Part shown: in pieces, positions 41,866-55,499 of the stretch | Layout of the letters: every line of letters starts with the position of its first letter | Numbering within the stretch: the stretch's first letter is position 1 | Assembly (NCBI RefSeq): GCF_036321535.1 | Contig: NC_087436.1 | Span: 97,776,001-97,840,000 of the forward strand | Reading direction: 5' to 3' | Length of the DNA: 64,000 nt | DNA from: Camelus dromedarius | Taxonomy: Eukaryota | Notes under the pieces: generated by a model | Seen by the model: only the letters and a program-made list of their open reading frames with translations | Database searches by the model: none | What the model was told of the DNA's origin: nothing | Position numbers and translations under genes: made by a program

Positions 41866-41989
41866 AGATCATTTAATTATCCATATTAAATGAAAGAAAA
41901 TTAAGTAATGTTCAAGAATTTTTTGAATGATTTAAATGTTACACACGCATGCAGTGTACAGGCAAATGTTATAAAAAGTTAAAATTTGC

Positions 41990-42148
41990 ACTGCCGCCGC
42001 TCTCTCTTCCTCCTCTTCAGAGACGGCCCGCAGTCTGTCTACGGAGTGTGTACCTCCTCTTACTCTAATCTGAGCACCCCACCCGCACACCTCATGGCCT
42101 TTCTCTTGCCTTTCAATGTATCTCTCTAAATAAATCTGCCTTTACTCA
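41990..42148 (+). mobile_element. Short LTR-derived (R-region-like) insert with AATAAA, A-rich end and degenerate long TSD
   Basis: CpG-rich ~160 bp in an AT-rich context. AATAAA at 42129-42134, 13 nt before the A-tract. Flanks AAAAAGTTAAAATTTGC (41973-41989) and AAAAAGAAAAAAATTGC (42149-42165) match at 14/17. Confidence 0.6.
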
Positions 42149-43169
42149 AAAAAGAAAAAAATTGCTAAGAAAAATATGATGGCCCAAGCAAGCAGTACAA
42201 AGTATTTCATGTCCTATGTCAAATGTATAAGAGATTATTCTCTAAAACATCAGTGCCTACACGCTCGCCTCACTAAATTTTACTTCTAACTCCCGACATA
42301 CAAAAAAAATATGTCATTAAGAATCTTAAGAAAGCATGAGAAGAGGCTTTAGGGTAATTTCTTTATATGTGAATTATATTAAGCAAAACAAATCTGGGAA
42401 GTTCAGAGATACAAGTGTGCTAAAACATAGCATTTTCTTCTTTAGGAGAAAAAAATCCCTCTATCCATTTGATAAAACTTGTGTTTGTGTTTGGGAAAAA
42501 GTGGGATAAAACAGAGTAAAAGAAATGGGATAAAACATAGTAAAAGACAATTTTGTTGTAAAGAAGGTTGCAAGAGAAAGAGGATTGTCAGCTGGAAAAT
42601 CAAGCATGCAACTACCACATGTGATGTTCTTGACAGGATAGTTATTCCTAATAGTCAAAAGTTAAATACTGTAATACCTATTGTGTGCTCTTGAAGTCAC
42701 TATAAGCAATTTGCTAACTAAGAGTTCAACCAAGTCACTCAAAGTCACTCAAACACGAGAAGGGTACCCTGGTCAGAGCAGGAATTTACATAATGGTACA
42801 GGACTTATACCTACTCCTCTAACGTAACCCTTTCTCATGCAATGTGAGAAATCAGGTTCAACTGGAACTATGAGGAATACCTAGAGCCCCAATTCAAATA
42901 GTTCTCATGAACTGTTATAATTTAATGGCCTGGATTATAGCAATGATTACCTAACTGGTGTCCAAATCCTTCTTTATACTTCTCCAATTTATTTTCAGAA
43001 TGACTTCAATAGACATTTCTAATCTAAAAAACGGACTACATCACCATCTTAATTAAGATTCATCACCAAGACAACTGAGTTCAAACACTTTAGTAAAGCA
43101 CAACTTACCATGGTCTTTGCCTGCCTAAAATTACCTCCACCCACTCCCCCCACCCCAGACCTCGATAAG

Positions 43170-43590
43170 CATCCTGTTATCAAGCAACATGAACCACGTG
43201 CAGGTCCACCATGCACTAGGAATACTGCTGCAGAGAAGACAAAAATATCTGCCCTTATTCCTTTACGTTTTAGTGGAGGAGGTTGACAAAATAAGCAAAA
43301 TACATAGTGACACATAGCAAGGAGAAAAATAGAGGAAGGAGATAGAAATATTGTTGTTGTGAGTTGCAATTTTTAACAGATTAGCCAGGGAAGGCCTCAC
43401 GGGTAAGAATTTTAAATAAAAATCTGAAGTGGATAAAGGATTAACCCGTGTGGCTATTTTGCGGAAGGGCTTTCTAGGCAGAGGGAACTAGTGCAAAGGT
43501 CTCGCGGTGGGATTCTGCCCAGCGTGCTTGTGGACAGAGCAGTTATAATGAGGTAAGGAAGTGGGAAAATGTTACAGGATGACTGCTGTT
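43170..43590 (-). mobile_element. LINE-2 (L2a-like) fragment lying between plus-strand L2 remnants (~42880-43160, ~43600-43850)
   Basis: ctaggaatactgctgcagagaagacaaaaatatctgccctta...agccagggaaggcctcac...ctaggcagagggaactagtgcaaaggtc. Confidence 0.8.
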
Positions 43591-43869
43591 GAGAAAACCT
43601 CTTCCATTACTGTCAACACCAAGCCTATATCTAAGTTTTATTCCTGTTTCAAAATCTGCCTTGGACATTCCTTCCAACCAGAAGCCATCCTTGCTCTTCA
43701 CCCAAGTCTGGTGACAGTGACGCTTCTCAGAAATGTAACAGCACATTCTATGCACCTCTATCAAAACTACTAAAGCATATTTTACTTTACATGTTTCATT
43801 TATCATGTTTGTTGAGTTATCTATCCCCTGCACCGGAAAGTATTGACTATTTGTGTAACTCAAGACTAA

Positions 43870-44180
43870 AAGGCAGTACAGGATGGAAATTAAAAATTTG
43901 AATCTTTGGGCTCTAATGTCAAGTTTTCCATCAGCTAGCTGCAACTTAGGGAGCTAATTAACCTCACTGTTTCAGACTCCTCATCCCTAAATTGGGAAAA
44001 AAATGTAATAACATAGTAGTTAACACAGGTCAGATATTATTCTGGGAGCCTATACTTATTAATGCATGCATTTTCCACATCATTCCTATCTGTAAAACTA
44101 GTGAAGTTATGGTAAAGGTACTGATTAAGTTAGTCAAATTGCATAAAATACCTTCAAACTGTTTTTGGCATACAGTTAGT
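43870..44180 (+). mobile_element. MIR fragments
   Basis: ctagctgcaacttagggagctaattaacctcactgtttcagactcctcatccctaaattggg; ttcctatctgtaaaactagtg...ttttggcatacagt. Confidence 0.65.
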
Positions 44181-47100
44181 GTTTATCCAATTCTGTATAT
44201 AAAGAAAAGTATTAGTGGAATAAATTGTTACAGGGTTCCTAAAACTTCTTTACATTCAGAGATCTACTTTTAATCACTTTTCAAAATCATCATTTATTGC
44301 CCATGTTTTTATTATAAAGTATCATCTTCTGTGAAATAACGGTCGTGGTTCATACAATAGTTCGTAAAACAGTGTTCCATATTTGTCCCTTGGATTTTCT
44401 GTAAGCCTAGACATTCATGCTGGTAGTTTCTTGATAGTATTAGAAAATAATAAACATTCAGATTCCTTCCTCAATGGATCCTTATGTGGAACATTACGTC
44501 AAAATATTACGACTGTCCAGTCACGTCCTCAAGAATAACAACTACATATATGCACACTCAAGTAATGAAAACTATTTCTCTATTGGCTAATAATAATTTT
44601 AAGGTTCCATAAATTTAGAGCTCACTCATACTCAGAGATACAAACACAAACGTGGAATTTTTCAGCCAGAGAAATATAGTAATTATTTCTGTATCTCCTG
44701 AATTTAGCAATGTTCTTGGAAAAACATTATAAAAATAGTGAAACTGTAGGATGAGTAAATCCCTCAACAAGGGAATAAAATAATTCTCAATGACATGTTA
44801 GATCAGCCATACATTTTGAACAAAAGGTGGATCCTTTTTTAAATATAAGAAAACAGTATCAGCTAAGTTGTGTATGTAGAATTTTCCCAGGGAAATTAGA
44901 AAGGCCCTGTGTAACCGTGTATACATCTAGAGTACCAGCAGAATAACTAAAAGTGTCATCCATGGAATGGGACTGATCCAAGAATTGTTTGTGAACATCA
45001 TGAGGAAATAAGGGAGTTTGTTTTAGCCTGTAACGCAATGCACTGCTTCCTTTATCAAGAAAATCTTGCTTTGAAAATGTATTAGAAGCTTAACTAGAAT
45101 GTGCTTTATAAAGCATTTTGATTTAGATTCTGGTGTAAGCTTTTTAATCTCAAGTACATGTAATAAACACTTTGATACCATTACTTTGGGACTGGTGTAG
45201 AGAATATATAGAAAATAAATGACTTACAGTTTTATAAAGTTGGATAGTGCCAGAATATGGAATTTCTTAAATGGCAAGCACTGATAATATTAATGTTCTG
45301 AATAGTGCAATCATATGATTGGGGTTAATTTTAAGAACTCATAATAGCTAATCTTATAGGAACCATTGGAGTGGTGAAGAAAAGAGATATTCATCTGGGG
45401 GGAACAATAAAGTAGAAATAAGGATATTGAAATTTGAAATGAAAATGAAAGGACGAATTTGATAAATAGTATAAGCAGATAACCAAATGGTTTTGGAAGT
45501 TTTTTTTAATGCACTGGGGTAAACTATGCAAATTTGCTAATAAGGTGTATCATTATTAAAAAAGGCATAATGCATGATTGTACATGAAGACATATAGAAT
45601 AGGACTTAAACAATGTTACTCTTTCTGCTTGAAAGGGAACCAGTCCATCAACAATTGCAAGCATATCTGAGTCTATACTGTTATGCAGCAAGAAAATGCA
45701 ATAATAACTATACATGGAAACAAATAACTTTGTAAATCTCTGCAACAGAGGTTAACTTGTATAAAGCCATAGGGACAGCTCCCATGTATGTAACTAAACA
45801 TTTACTTAGATAGGTACAGATAACATAAGCTTACTAAAATCTAGCTCTGTTATATTTGAAAGTGTTTTTAAGAGTTACTAAAATATATGAGGGTAAAAAG
45901 GACCATAGGAAATGGTTATTTTCATGCTTGTGCAACATGCTGAAAGGAGTAATAAATACAATATATTTTATCAAACAACAAGTAAATATATTAATATATT
46001 TTTAAAAAGAAAGAAAAATGCAAACAGTTTTCTTTGTAACACAAACTAGATTTACCAAGCAAAAGAGAAACTTAGGTTATTTATTCAACATAAAGGAAAG
46101 GTCAACATAACCTTCAGAAATAAAATTAGAAAAGTACTTTTGAATTTGACTGAAATACTACAGCAATTGAAAACAGAATGATGATAAATTATGTCTCTTA
46201 AATCTAAGTGCTGCAATTACAAAATTCTCAGAACAGTCTTAGAAATGATAGGTTCAATGTTCTGCTACACAGAAGACAAAATAAAAGCACTCAGCTAGCA
46301 AAGCTTTTCCATATTGAATTTCCTTTTCCCTTTTCAGAAAAGGTTGACAATAAGAACAGTGATCCCTGAGGACAGTTTGGAAACATCATAATATCTGAAA
46401 TATTTTTTGAATTTCAAAGAAGATTTGATGGAAAAGAAAATGTGCATAGATTATTTAACACAATGACAAGATTTGTACCCACAGTGGAGCATCCATCAAA
46501 AATTATAGTCTTATCATATATCCATTGGGGTTTAACAGTAGAGAACTGCCTATAAAAAGGGAAAAATTTTACTAAAGGTGAACAAAGATACATTATACAG
46601 GCTAATTTTGCTTCCTTAGACTCTAGAAGTAAGATAACAAAATTGTGATTTAAACAAGCAATGTCAATATCTATTCCAATAATCAAAAAAAAAGTAATAC
46701 TGGTTATACAATGATGTTTATGCATAAACTTTAAACACAATTAAAAAGAACCTGGATATCTGTCAAGGATATAGATCATGCATGTTAAACTTATCCCAAA
46801 ATGCAATATTGTTGTCAAAATGTTAAATTTATATATATAATAAAAGGCCTGTGAATGTAACACTTCTTTAGGCTTCAAAACATTGCACTTAGAAAAATAG
46901 GATATGTTCAGTTAAATTAGGAATCAAAAAGAATTTTACCTAACCTTTGCACAATCTGCAGTACTATGAGCATAGAAGAGGGATTTTGAGTTTATATATA
47001 AGAAACACTTTCCGAGAGAAATGAAGATTATCTAATCAAATAATTCATTAAAAATGTCTTTTTTTCTCAACAAATAAAAAGACATTATCTTAATCCAGGG

Positions 47101-48769
47101 AGATTTGGGTCTTTTTCCACTTCAAAGAAGATTAAAAAGAATGGCCAACTACCATCAAGTTCTAATCAATTTATTACTATGTATGCCATTATGAAAAGTC
47201 TTAAGGAAGCTGGATTTTGTCTAATTGGTGGAAAACTTTAATCTTATTTTTAAAACTGATTTGGCTATTTAGGTTTACATTAATATCCAAGGCCAGAAAT
47301 GTCTAAATATTTTAGTACATAGGAAGTCCTGTAGACAGCTAAATGTTAGGGAAACTTCCAAAAAAAAAAAAAAAAAAGAAGTTAAACAGGTATTAACTGT
47401 GAGTCTGTGAGTACAAAGAGTTCCCCCATTGAAAGGGATTCATTTTTCTCTCATATATACATTTTGTAACATTTGTTACAGCACTAAATTTCAGAGATGA
47501 ATCAGACACTCAGCGTTAACAATTCAAGATTTAAAAAGCCCTCTTAAAATATCAGAAGGTAACAAAAATTAATGGAAACCTTGAAAACAATGCTAACTTA
47601 CTCTTTGAATGATGGTAATAGATTTTATACATAATTTGCAAAGGGTGATGCCACTCATTCATATCCTCACATCCACCCAGATTTTGCCCCACCGTCTTGC
47701 TGTTGAGCAGTACAGCAGTTCAATTTCTCGGGTATCATTTATGAGTGGAGACCTCTTTGAAGATTATAAAGCTAAAGGTACTTGGTAGCCTTATATAGAA
47801 TTGCAGTGGTAATTTATCCATTATAACCAAAAGGCTAAAATCAATCAATTGAACAACTCTTCATGAAGTCGCTCATATTAACAACAAATTGCAAGATGCA
47901 GTATTTAAGGAACTCACAGCCTAATGAAAGTAGACAAACATTTTAAATGAGATATGTTCAGTGCATTACAAAACAGTCTATAAACAATAAGTTCCTAGCC
48001 TATCACATACAATTATCTACCAATGAATTATAAGTGAATTTGCTCCCTGCCTTTTTAATCTTAGTGCTATTGCTTTATAATACTCAAAAGTATAATAAAT
48101 ATTTCTGAAGTTGCACTTTTCCAAGCTGATTATATCTTGCTAATCATGTATATTTTACATAACTAGGCATGGCTCTCCTGTGCTATAATGTCTCTCTTAC
48201 TTGTTTCTTGTCATTTTCTTAGTAGGCCTGGTTTTTTTTTGGTGTTATATCCTTTGATCTTCCTTTCTCAATGCATTATAGCTTTTCAGAAGGTTATATT
48301 TTTTATAAATTTAATCATTGTTCTATTTCTCAATAATTTAACATTTTATTTGCATTAACACACACAAATTTCAAAGATTTTTTTTCAAAGAGGTAAAGAA
48401 GGTTCCTGGTGCAATCATTATAAAGTTATTCTCATTTTGTTATCTACCACCGTCACCATTAGGTCATCAAGAAGTGTGGTTTTCATAATATTCCCTAAAT
48501 GCCTGTCTGGGTTTCCTTAGATGGAGTCCTTATGTTAAAACCATACTTTCCTGTATATGGAATAGAACATACTTAGAAACATGCAAAATATTTTTATTTT
48601 TTACATGTAAAAAGGAGTAGAGGAGACTGCAAATGTCGAGGTACGTTTGTATGTACCTGAATCAAGTACACAGAAATGTCCACATTCCGGAGAAAACAAG
48701 GTATAATGAAATTAGGGCAAATAAACTAGTGCAATATGAATTTGTTAAGTGTATAAAATAGGATTATAC

Positions 48770-49015
48770 ACATATACAGCATTTTTTAATGTTCCAGGAG
48801 CCATTTAAGTGTTTCACCTCTATTAACTCATTTAGTTATAGTAAAAACTCTACAGGGAAAATGCAATTATTATCCTAACTTAAGAGATAGAAAAATTGAG
48901 GCCCAGGACTATAGAACAGGTTGCCCACATTCTCACAGATAAGTAAGTGTCAGAATTGTGCTGTCGTGCAGCCAGCCAGGCTCCAGATCTTCAGCTCTGC
49001 AAAACCAGGCAACAT
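48770..49015 (-). mobile_element. MIR SINE
   Basis: tattaactcattt...attattatcctaacttaagagatagaaaaattgaggcccagg...ttgcccacattctcacagataagtaagtgtcaga. Confidence 0.8.
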
Positions 49016-49320
49016 TGCATTTTTAGGAGATACGTAAGGGAGAAAGGCGGCCTATGAATGCCAGGGTCAAAGAATACCAAACTGTAGCTACCATAGCAAA
49101 TGTTTCTACCCAGGAATATCCCTCATAATGTATCTGTACAAAAATAACTACTGGACAGGATTTTGACTAGAATATATAATGCTGGGTTTACAGAATTCAA
49201 GATAGTAATTAAACTGCTGGTAAAGACAAGGGAAAAAGTCAAAGTCAGTTGCTTCATGGTTGAGAAATGGAATGCTGGCCTCACATGGGACGATGTCAGA
49301 GTGAATTACTGTAAAAGTAC

Positions 49321-49387
49321 TGTGTGTGTGTTTGTGCGTGCGCACACGTGCGTGTCCACAAGCACACGTATATGCGTGTGTGTGTGT
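49321..49387. repeat. Imperfect alternating purine-pyrimidine tract (TG/CG/CA)
   Basis: tgtgtgtgtgtttgtgcgtgcgcacacgtgcgtg...gcgtgtgtgtgtgt. Confidence 0.85.
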
Positions 49388-51996
49388 AAAGTTTTGAAAT
49401 CATCTCACTTTCTCCAAGGAACACAGAGACAAATGGTTTCTTTTCTCTGTTTTCCAAAAAGAGGTCATATGCAAAGCAACTTTAGACAACTGATTAGAAA
49501 GTATAATAAGGTAGATATAGTATACATATATACAACCTTAAGTAAGAAGGGAGATATTTTTCTCTTTTAATAACAAGCTATACATGCTGGAGGGGCTGAG
49601 AACTGAAGGTCACAGGACAGATTTATTTATAGTGCTTTCTTAAAGGAGGAAATAGTTTGGACAAAGTTCTTAGGTAACAACAGCTCTGAAAATTGCTTTT
49701 AAAGAGGCAAAGTGTTTCTGAAGTAGTTTGTCCTTTTGGATTTAAACACACTGATTTTCACAAAGAATCGTTACGTCAGCACTTCATCTACCCCAGAGGA
49801 AAAGCATGATAAATCTGCATTATGCTTTGAGGAAAGAGCATTACCAAGCTCTGGTATTAGCTTTCAAACCAGCTATTTCTAGTAACAGGTCAGATTTACC
49901 CACTAGCAATTCTGCCACACATGCATAGATTCACACTTTATGCTGAACGGGCTGTATTTTTTTGAACACACCTACTACTTTAACTCTATTACAGTACATA
50001 TTTCCAACATTTAACAAATTAACCTATTTATATTTACTTTGCATTTTTTTCTGATTAATTTCAAATAGTATCTGAATGTAAAGTATTTTAATGATATGAA
50101 ACATGTCTTTTTAATCAAGAGATATTATCAGGTATTACCTTTGCATGAAATCTATATTATTATTATTCCAATACAAATTATATTCTTCACATGCACTCAT
50201 GTGTCTTCTTTCATGCTTATTTGGATTTTAAAGAACCAATCTAGGCAAGTCACAGATTTTCTCCACTACAATTTTGTTGTGCCTGTTTTGAAACAGAAAT
50301 TGGATTGTCAGCTGAATCTTTCCAAGGGCTTAAGAACATGTTGTAGAAAATGGATCCAAGGGTATTAAAATATTTTACTTAGAATACAACCTTGGTTAAT
50401 TTCTGTTATAACCTGATTCTTCCATTAAAGACATCCATTTCTATTCAGATTGCATCGACTTTGACTATGTCAGAACTGAAAACAACAGGAAGGGTAAGCA
50501 CTCTCGGCTGCTTGGAAATAACTGAGGAACTCAAGGAAAGGGAGTACGTCCTCAAACCCCTCTCTTTCCCTCCTGTGTCTCTGATTTGCTTCTGCAAGAA
50601 CTTGAAAGATGCAGCATCCTTCTAGTTCACACATAGCTCAGTTATTTAGCAGGAAATAAAAAAAACGGAAGGAATGAACTAAAATATATTTGCTGCTTTT
50701 CTCTCTCTAGAACAAAGCTAAATAGATACAGTAAGAAAATACTACAGTATTAAAATTAACAAACTCCATCTTCCCATCTCTATGCCTGTCTCCCACTTCG
50801 TAGTGTCCTATAAATACCTTCTACACACTAGGGTGTTGAGATCATTGACTTATCAGTAGCCTCCCCAAATACTTAGCATCTTAAAAGTTTAGGACCCTCT
50901 GCTAAGGACTAGAAAAACAAAGCAGTGTAAATTATGAACCCTTCCTTAATATAAGATAGTAATTTGAGAAAATGCACACAAAAATGATTCAAAGTAAACA
51001 AGTTAAGAATCAAGTGAGTGTGGAATGTCCTTTAAAGTCACCTACACTCATATGAAGGAGAATACTCTTAGAATCACCTGAGAAGATAAAAGATCTCCCC
51101 TACTAGAGACTAGGATAAACTAAATCTCTCTCTTACCACCATCTACAGCCACCGCTTTCTCCTTCTCTCAGCAAGGAGAACACCGAAGCCTGCAGAATAG
51201 TATGTGATTTCTGAGGACTGGGGCCAAATGAACAAGACTTTGTGTCTCAAAGAGAGCCATTTTTAATGAAGTAAGGGCATTAAATTTTTAAGTAGTAAAT
51301 ATAAAGATAAAGATAAAGAAAGAAGGATTTCTGTGAAGCTTATTCTTACTAGAATTGCGTTTATCAAACACAGGAAGAAGAAATACAGAACAACAGTTTG
51401 AAATGGAGTCAAGGGAAGATTTCTCAAAGCCATCAACATCTAAAAATGTCTGTTTTGTTTTGTTTTGGGGGGGAGTGTATCCAGAAGGGAAAAGGGCCCA
51501 TAGGCAGGGAAAAACTGAAAATACAAATAAATAAAAGGGGCTAATTGATAGACTATGACCCAAGACAGTCCAGAGAGAAGAAAGGAGAAATAGAAAAGGA
51601 AGGCAGTTTTAGGAAAGAGCAATGTCTCTTCTTCTGGGGCCTCGAAAAGAATGATAAGATGAATGAAGACAAGATATTTTTATAGAAAGAGGTACATAAA
51701 GAGGTAGTGATAGAGAACAGAATTTAATGTGTGTTTATTTTCTAGTGGCATCTTCATTTAGTATTATCCAATATCCCCAAACACTAACTTTAGAGAAATT
51801 ACATCAAGAAAATAGACATTCTGCAAATAAATATGAAATTTAAAACATTAAGTTATCTACTATGTTTTAAAATGTCATCTCTTGATATAAAACAGTGGAA
51901 ATGTTCAGTCTTGGAATATGAAATTGTATTCTTTTAGCTACCATTTACTGCATTAAGAGACTGTAAATTGAATTATATGGGTCTAGTAATGCTTTT

Positions 51997-52168
51997 GGAG
52001 AGGAGGGTACAGCTCAAGTGGTAGAGTGCATGCTTAACATGCATGAGGCCTTGGGTTCAGTCCCTAATACCTCCTCTAAAAATAAATAAATAAACAAACC
52101 TAATTATTCCACCCCAAAAAGAGACTTAAAAATAAAAGAAATAGAAGAACTGAAATAAACAAGCAAAA
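51997..52168 (+). mobile_element. tRNA-derived SINE, camelid Vic-1 type, with A-rich tail and TSD
   Basis: Pol III A-box (tacagctcaagtggtagag) and B-box (gggttcagtccc), then aataaataaataaacaaacctaatta. TSD AGTAATGCTTTT (51985-51996) / AGTAATTCTTTT (52169-52180). Confidence 0.9.
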
Positions 52169-52845
52169 AGTAATTCTTTTGGGAGAGGATCCACTAAAAC
52201 TGGAAAACTTCTGCTGTGGATTCTTTGGTAAAATTATACTACCAGGAGGAGGCAGTAGACAATATATATATTTTTTTTAAGTAAAAGTGCTCCTTGATTC
52301 CATGTCTTTTTTGGATTCTTTTCTTCATAAGGAAGGGGTCAAATCCTCATTAAGAATTCACTGGCTAAGGGTTGAATAATAACTCCTGTAAAACACACAT
52401 TCTTGGACCACAAAAGCATTTCACCCATGTTATAGTATTCATAATTTAAATTTTAGGACAGTCTTGCCAAGTAGACTATCAAATCCTCAAGGATGGAGAC
52501 CATTCCTTACGTATGTTTGCATGCTATCATCCGGCACATTGTCTAACACTTGACAGAGGCTCAACATATGCTAATAAAGCTCACTGATCAAAGACGACAG
52601 GAATATATCATTAGTCCAACCAATTAAATTTTAGCAACAAGAGAAAATGCACCTCAGGATAACCATAGGGCGTAACAACAACCACAAAGGTTGTTAGAAA
52701 GGATACTTACAGTATTTGGAGGACTAGAGTTAGTCATAGGATTATCTTTGAAGGAATTGATACAAGTTTCTTGTGGAGAAGAGCAAGGTTATAAGTCATA
52801 GACAGCTTAGCTGATTATAGTGCACTGATAAAGGCAGGGAGTCAC

Positions 52846-53248
52846 TGACAGATTATAGAAATGCTCATATGGCTCTATTCTTCCTATGATTTGGCCATAG
52901 GACTTTCTTTGGCCAAGGAGACATTGGCAGATATGATGTAACCCAAAGCTTGAAGAGTGTTTATACCTTGGTGCTTACTCTTTTTGCTCAACAACAGAAT
53001 TATTAGATAAACAAAACCACTCAGCTGGATGAAAATCCAGGGGGTAGAGGGTGGTCATTCTTTGAGGCTATCCCAGATGAATAGGGCTGGTGATTGACTG
53101 CACAAAAAAGAGAACCAAGTGGAGAGTATTTGCATCACGCAGGTAAGCCCAGCCCAAATTACTGACTCTCAGAATTGTACTCTGAATGTGCACTATTTTA
53201 AGCTACTAAGTTTTGAAGTGGTTATATGTCTCAAAAGCTAATTGATAA
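52846..53248 (+). mobile_element. MaLR solo LTR (MLT1F/G/H-like)
   Basis: tttggccataggactttctttggccaagg...gcccagcccaaattactgactctcagaatt...ttttaagctactaagttttgaagtggtt...aagctaattgata. Confidence 0.8.
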
Positions 53249-55084
53249 AGAGTTAAAAGAAGATGAGCCAATTCAGACAGTTTTCCCATTTCCATTCAAG
53301 TGAGAAATTATTCATTAACTACATTCAGAATTTATGTTAAATCCATGAATTGAGGGCATTTTGTTCATAGCTTGCTGTACTGGTCACCGCAAGGATTACT
53401 CAAACCTTACCTACCTTGAAAAGACAACCCCTTTTTTCAATGGATTAAAACCTTCAAAAGATGCCTTAAACTGAACTAACAGTGAAAGCTAGTGAGGTGA
53501 AAAGAAAATTCTCTCTCCGCCACTACTTGTCCATACATCAGAGCTAGTCCACAAGGGGATGACAAACCTGTCCTCCCACCAGAACATGTGTTGTATACCA
53601 CTACATACTGCAGGGAAAAAAAGTCAGAAAACTTGGGAGATTCAACACTCTTAGTCTGGCTTCCAAAATAGGCTTGACCATCTGCCTGCAGATTTTAGTT
53701 GGTTGTTTTTTTTTTTCCTATAGGAAAACTCAGTAGATGTAACTCAAAAGTCTGTATTGCTACAAATGAAAAAGAATTTGGAGTAACTCAATGCAAGTAT
53801 GGCAGCATAATTACGAACATGAGGTGTGTAACATTTTGGCAAAGCACTGGGCTTATTGAAGACACTGTTATAAAGCAGTGTTTTAAGTCCATATTTTGTC
53901 ATGGCTATACTTTTAACACTATGGAAGCGAAATTAATGTGTTGGTGTTTCCTTTTGATTAATATAGCACATTTTATTCAAAGTGGCTTGTGATTCCTTTT
54001 TGTTTCTGACAAAAAGACCTGGTAGACACTGACAAGGAAATGGAATATTGTGTGAGCCAAACTTCTGATATTCATTTCCCTCAGACATTAATTTAGTACA
54101 AAGGAGAATAATCTGCTGTTCACAAAGAAGAAAAAAAGATCCCACCACATCTGAAGACAAATCCATTTACTTAGAAGTTATAGTGACTGAGCATTATTTT
54201 CTCAGGAGGGAACTCTGAGGTTTGAAATGCCTAAGACAAGAATCATCAGAAGGAAGAGTTAGCTGCATCTTGTCTAGTGTAGGTCTTTGAGTAGTTAAGA
54301 ATGCTAAATAAAGGGGAAAATTCCATCTGTTTGGAATCAGAATCGATTTTGACACAAGCTGTCAAATAAAAACAACAACAACAACAAAAAGTCAAACTGC
54401 TCTAGAGGAATATAATATTGCTAAATCAACTTGATGGAAAATTAGAAATTCTACCTGTATTTAATTAAATCTGGGCCAGAGGAGACTACCAGTTCAGCTC
54501 TTTGAAACAGTTAGAAATAAATAGATCTACACAGATCTTTACCATCAGAGATTATCAAAGTGTTTTTTGAAGGTGAAGTACAAAGACAAGGTGAAAGAGA
54601 TGTTGAATATTTTAGAGTAATTTTTAAATTCAATCCATTAAAACTTTTTAACTAAAAACTAGACGTTGAACATGACCAGAGGCTTTTTTAACTCATGAGA
54701 TGTGGTAGCAAAGAACCGGTATAATTTACTGAGGAAAACTGAATGAAGAAGATAGTTTGCCTAGATTAAAAAATTGTGTCTTTTAATAGTTAAACAGCAA
54801 ATCTTCATACAACGTTAACAAAGAAAGCAAAGGAAATATGACTACATACACACATTTTTACTAAATATGCCCAAATATGTATATAAAATATAGAGGATTT
54901 GGCTATATAACATTGGTCTTCATTTTCCCTAATGCCATAAGAAGTTGACTTATGCTTAAAAAATATATGGTTATCAAGATATTTTCTACAGAATTGAGAC
55001 TTTGGAAGAATCCAAAGTGATTTAATTTTATGGAGACAAATTAAGTTCTATTTATTACCACTGTTTTTTTACATTCATCAAGCT

Positions 55085-55275
55085 ATATAGAGGAGAGTAG
55101 CTTAAATGTGCTCTGGGGTAAGACTACCTGGATTCAAACTTTTCCTTTGCCAAGTCAGCCACATTCATAAGCTCTCCAAATCTTAACTGAGTCAACTAAT
55201 CTACTTTATCTCATAGGCTGGTTGCAAGAATTAAATGTAACAATACATAAAAAATATTTATCAGAGTACCTCTTT
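55085..55275 (+). mobile_element. MIR SINE
   Basis: ctctggggtaagactacctggattcaaac...tctcataggctggttgcaagaattaaatgtaacaatacataaaa. Confidence 0.75.
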
Positions 55276-55499
55276 AAAACATTTTTAAAAAGCACAGGTA
55301 TATGGTGACAAAGACCATTTATTATTTATTTCAATGAAAAAGTACAAGATCCAAAAGACCTTCTATCAACAGAGGAGCTATTTTAGGTTTGATTTAGTTA
55401 TTTTAGAACACAGTAGGAAAATACTTCTGTACAGTTCATTTAACTTCATATTTTCAGATAGCCCTACCATTTACAAAACAGCAATATGGTCTGATAATG

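Noticed and set aside
52000..52075. tRNA gene
   Set aside because: The tRNA-like head is followed by a SINE body, A-rich tail and TSD, so it is a SINE
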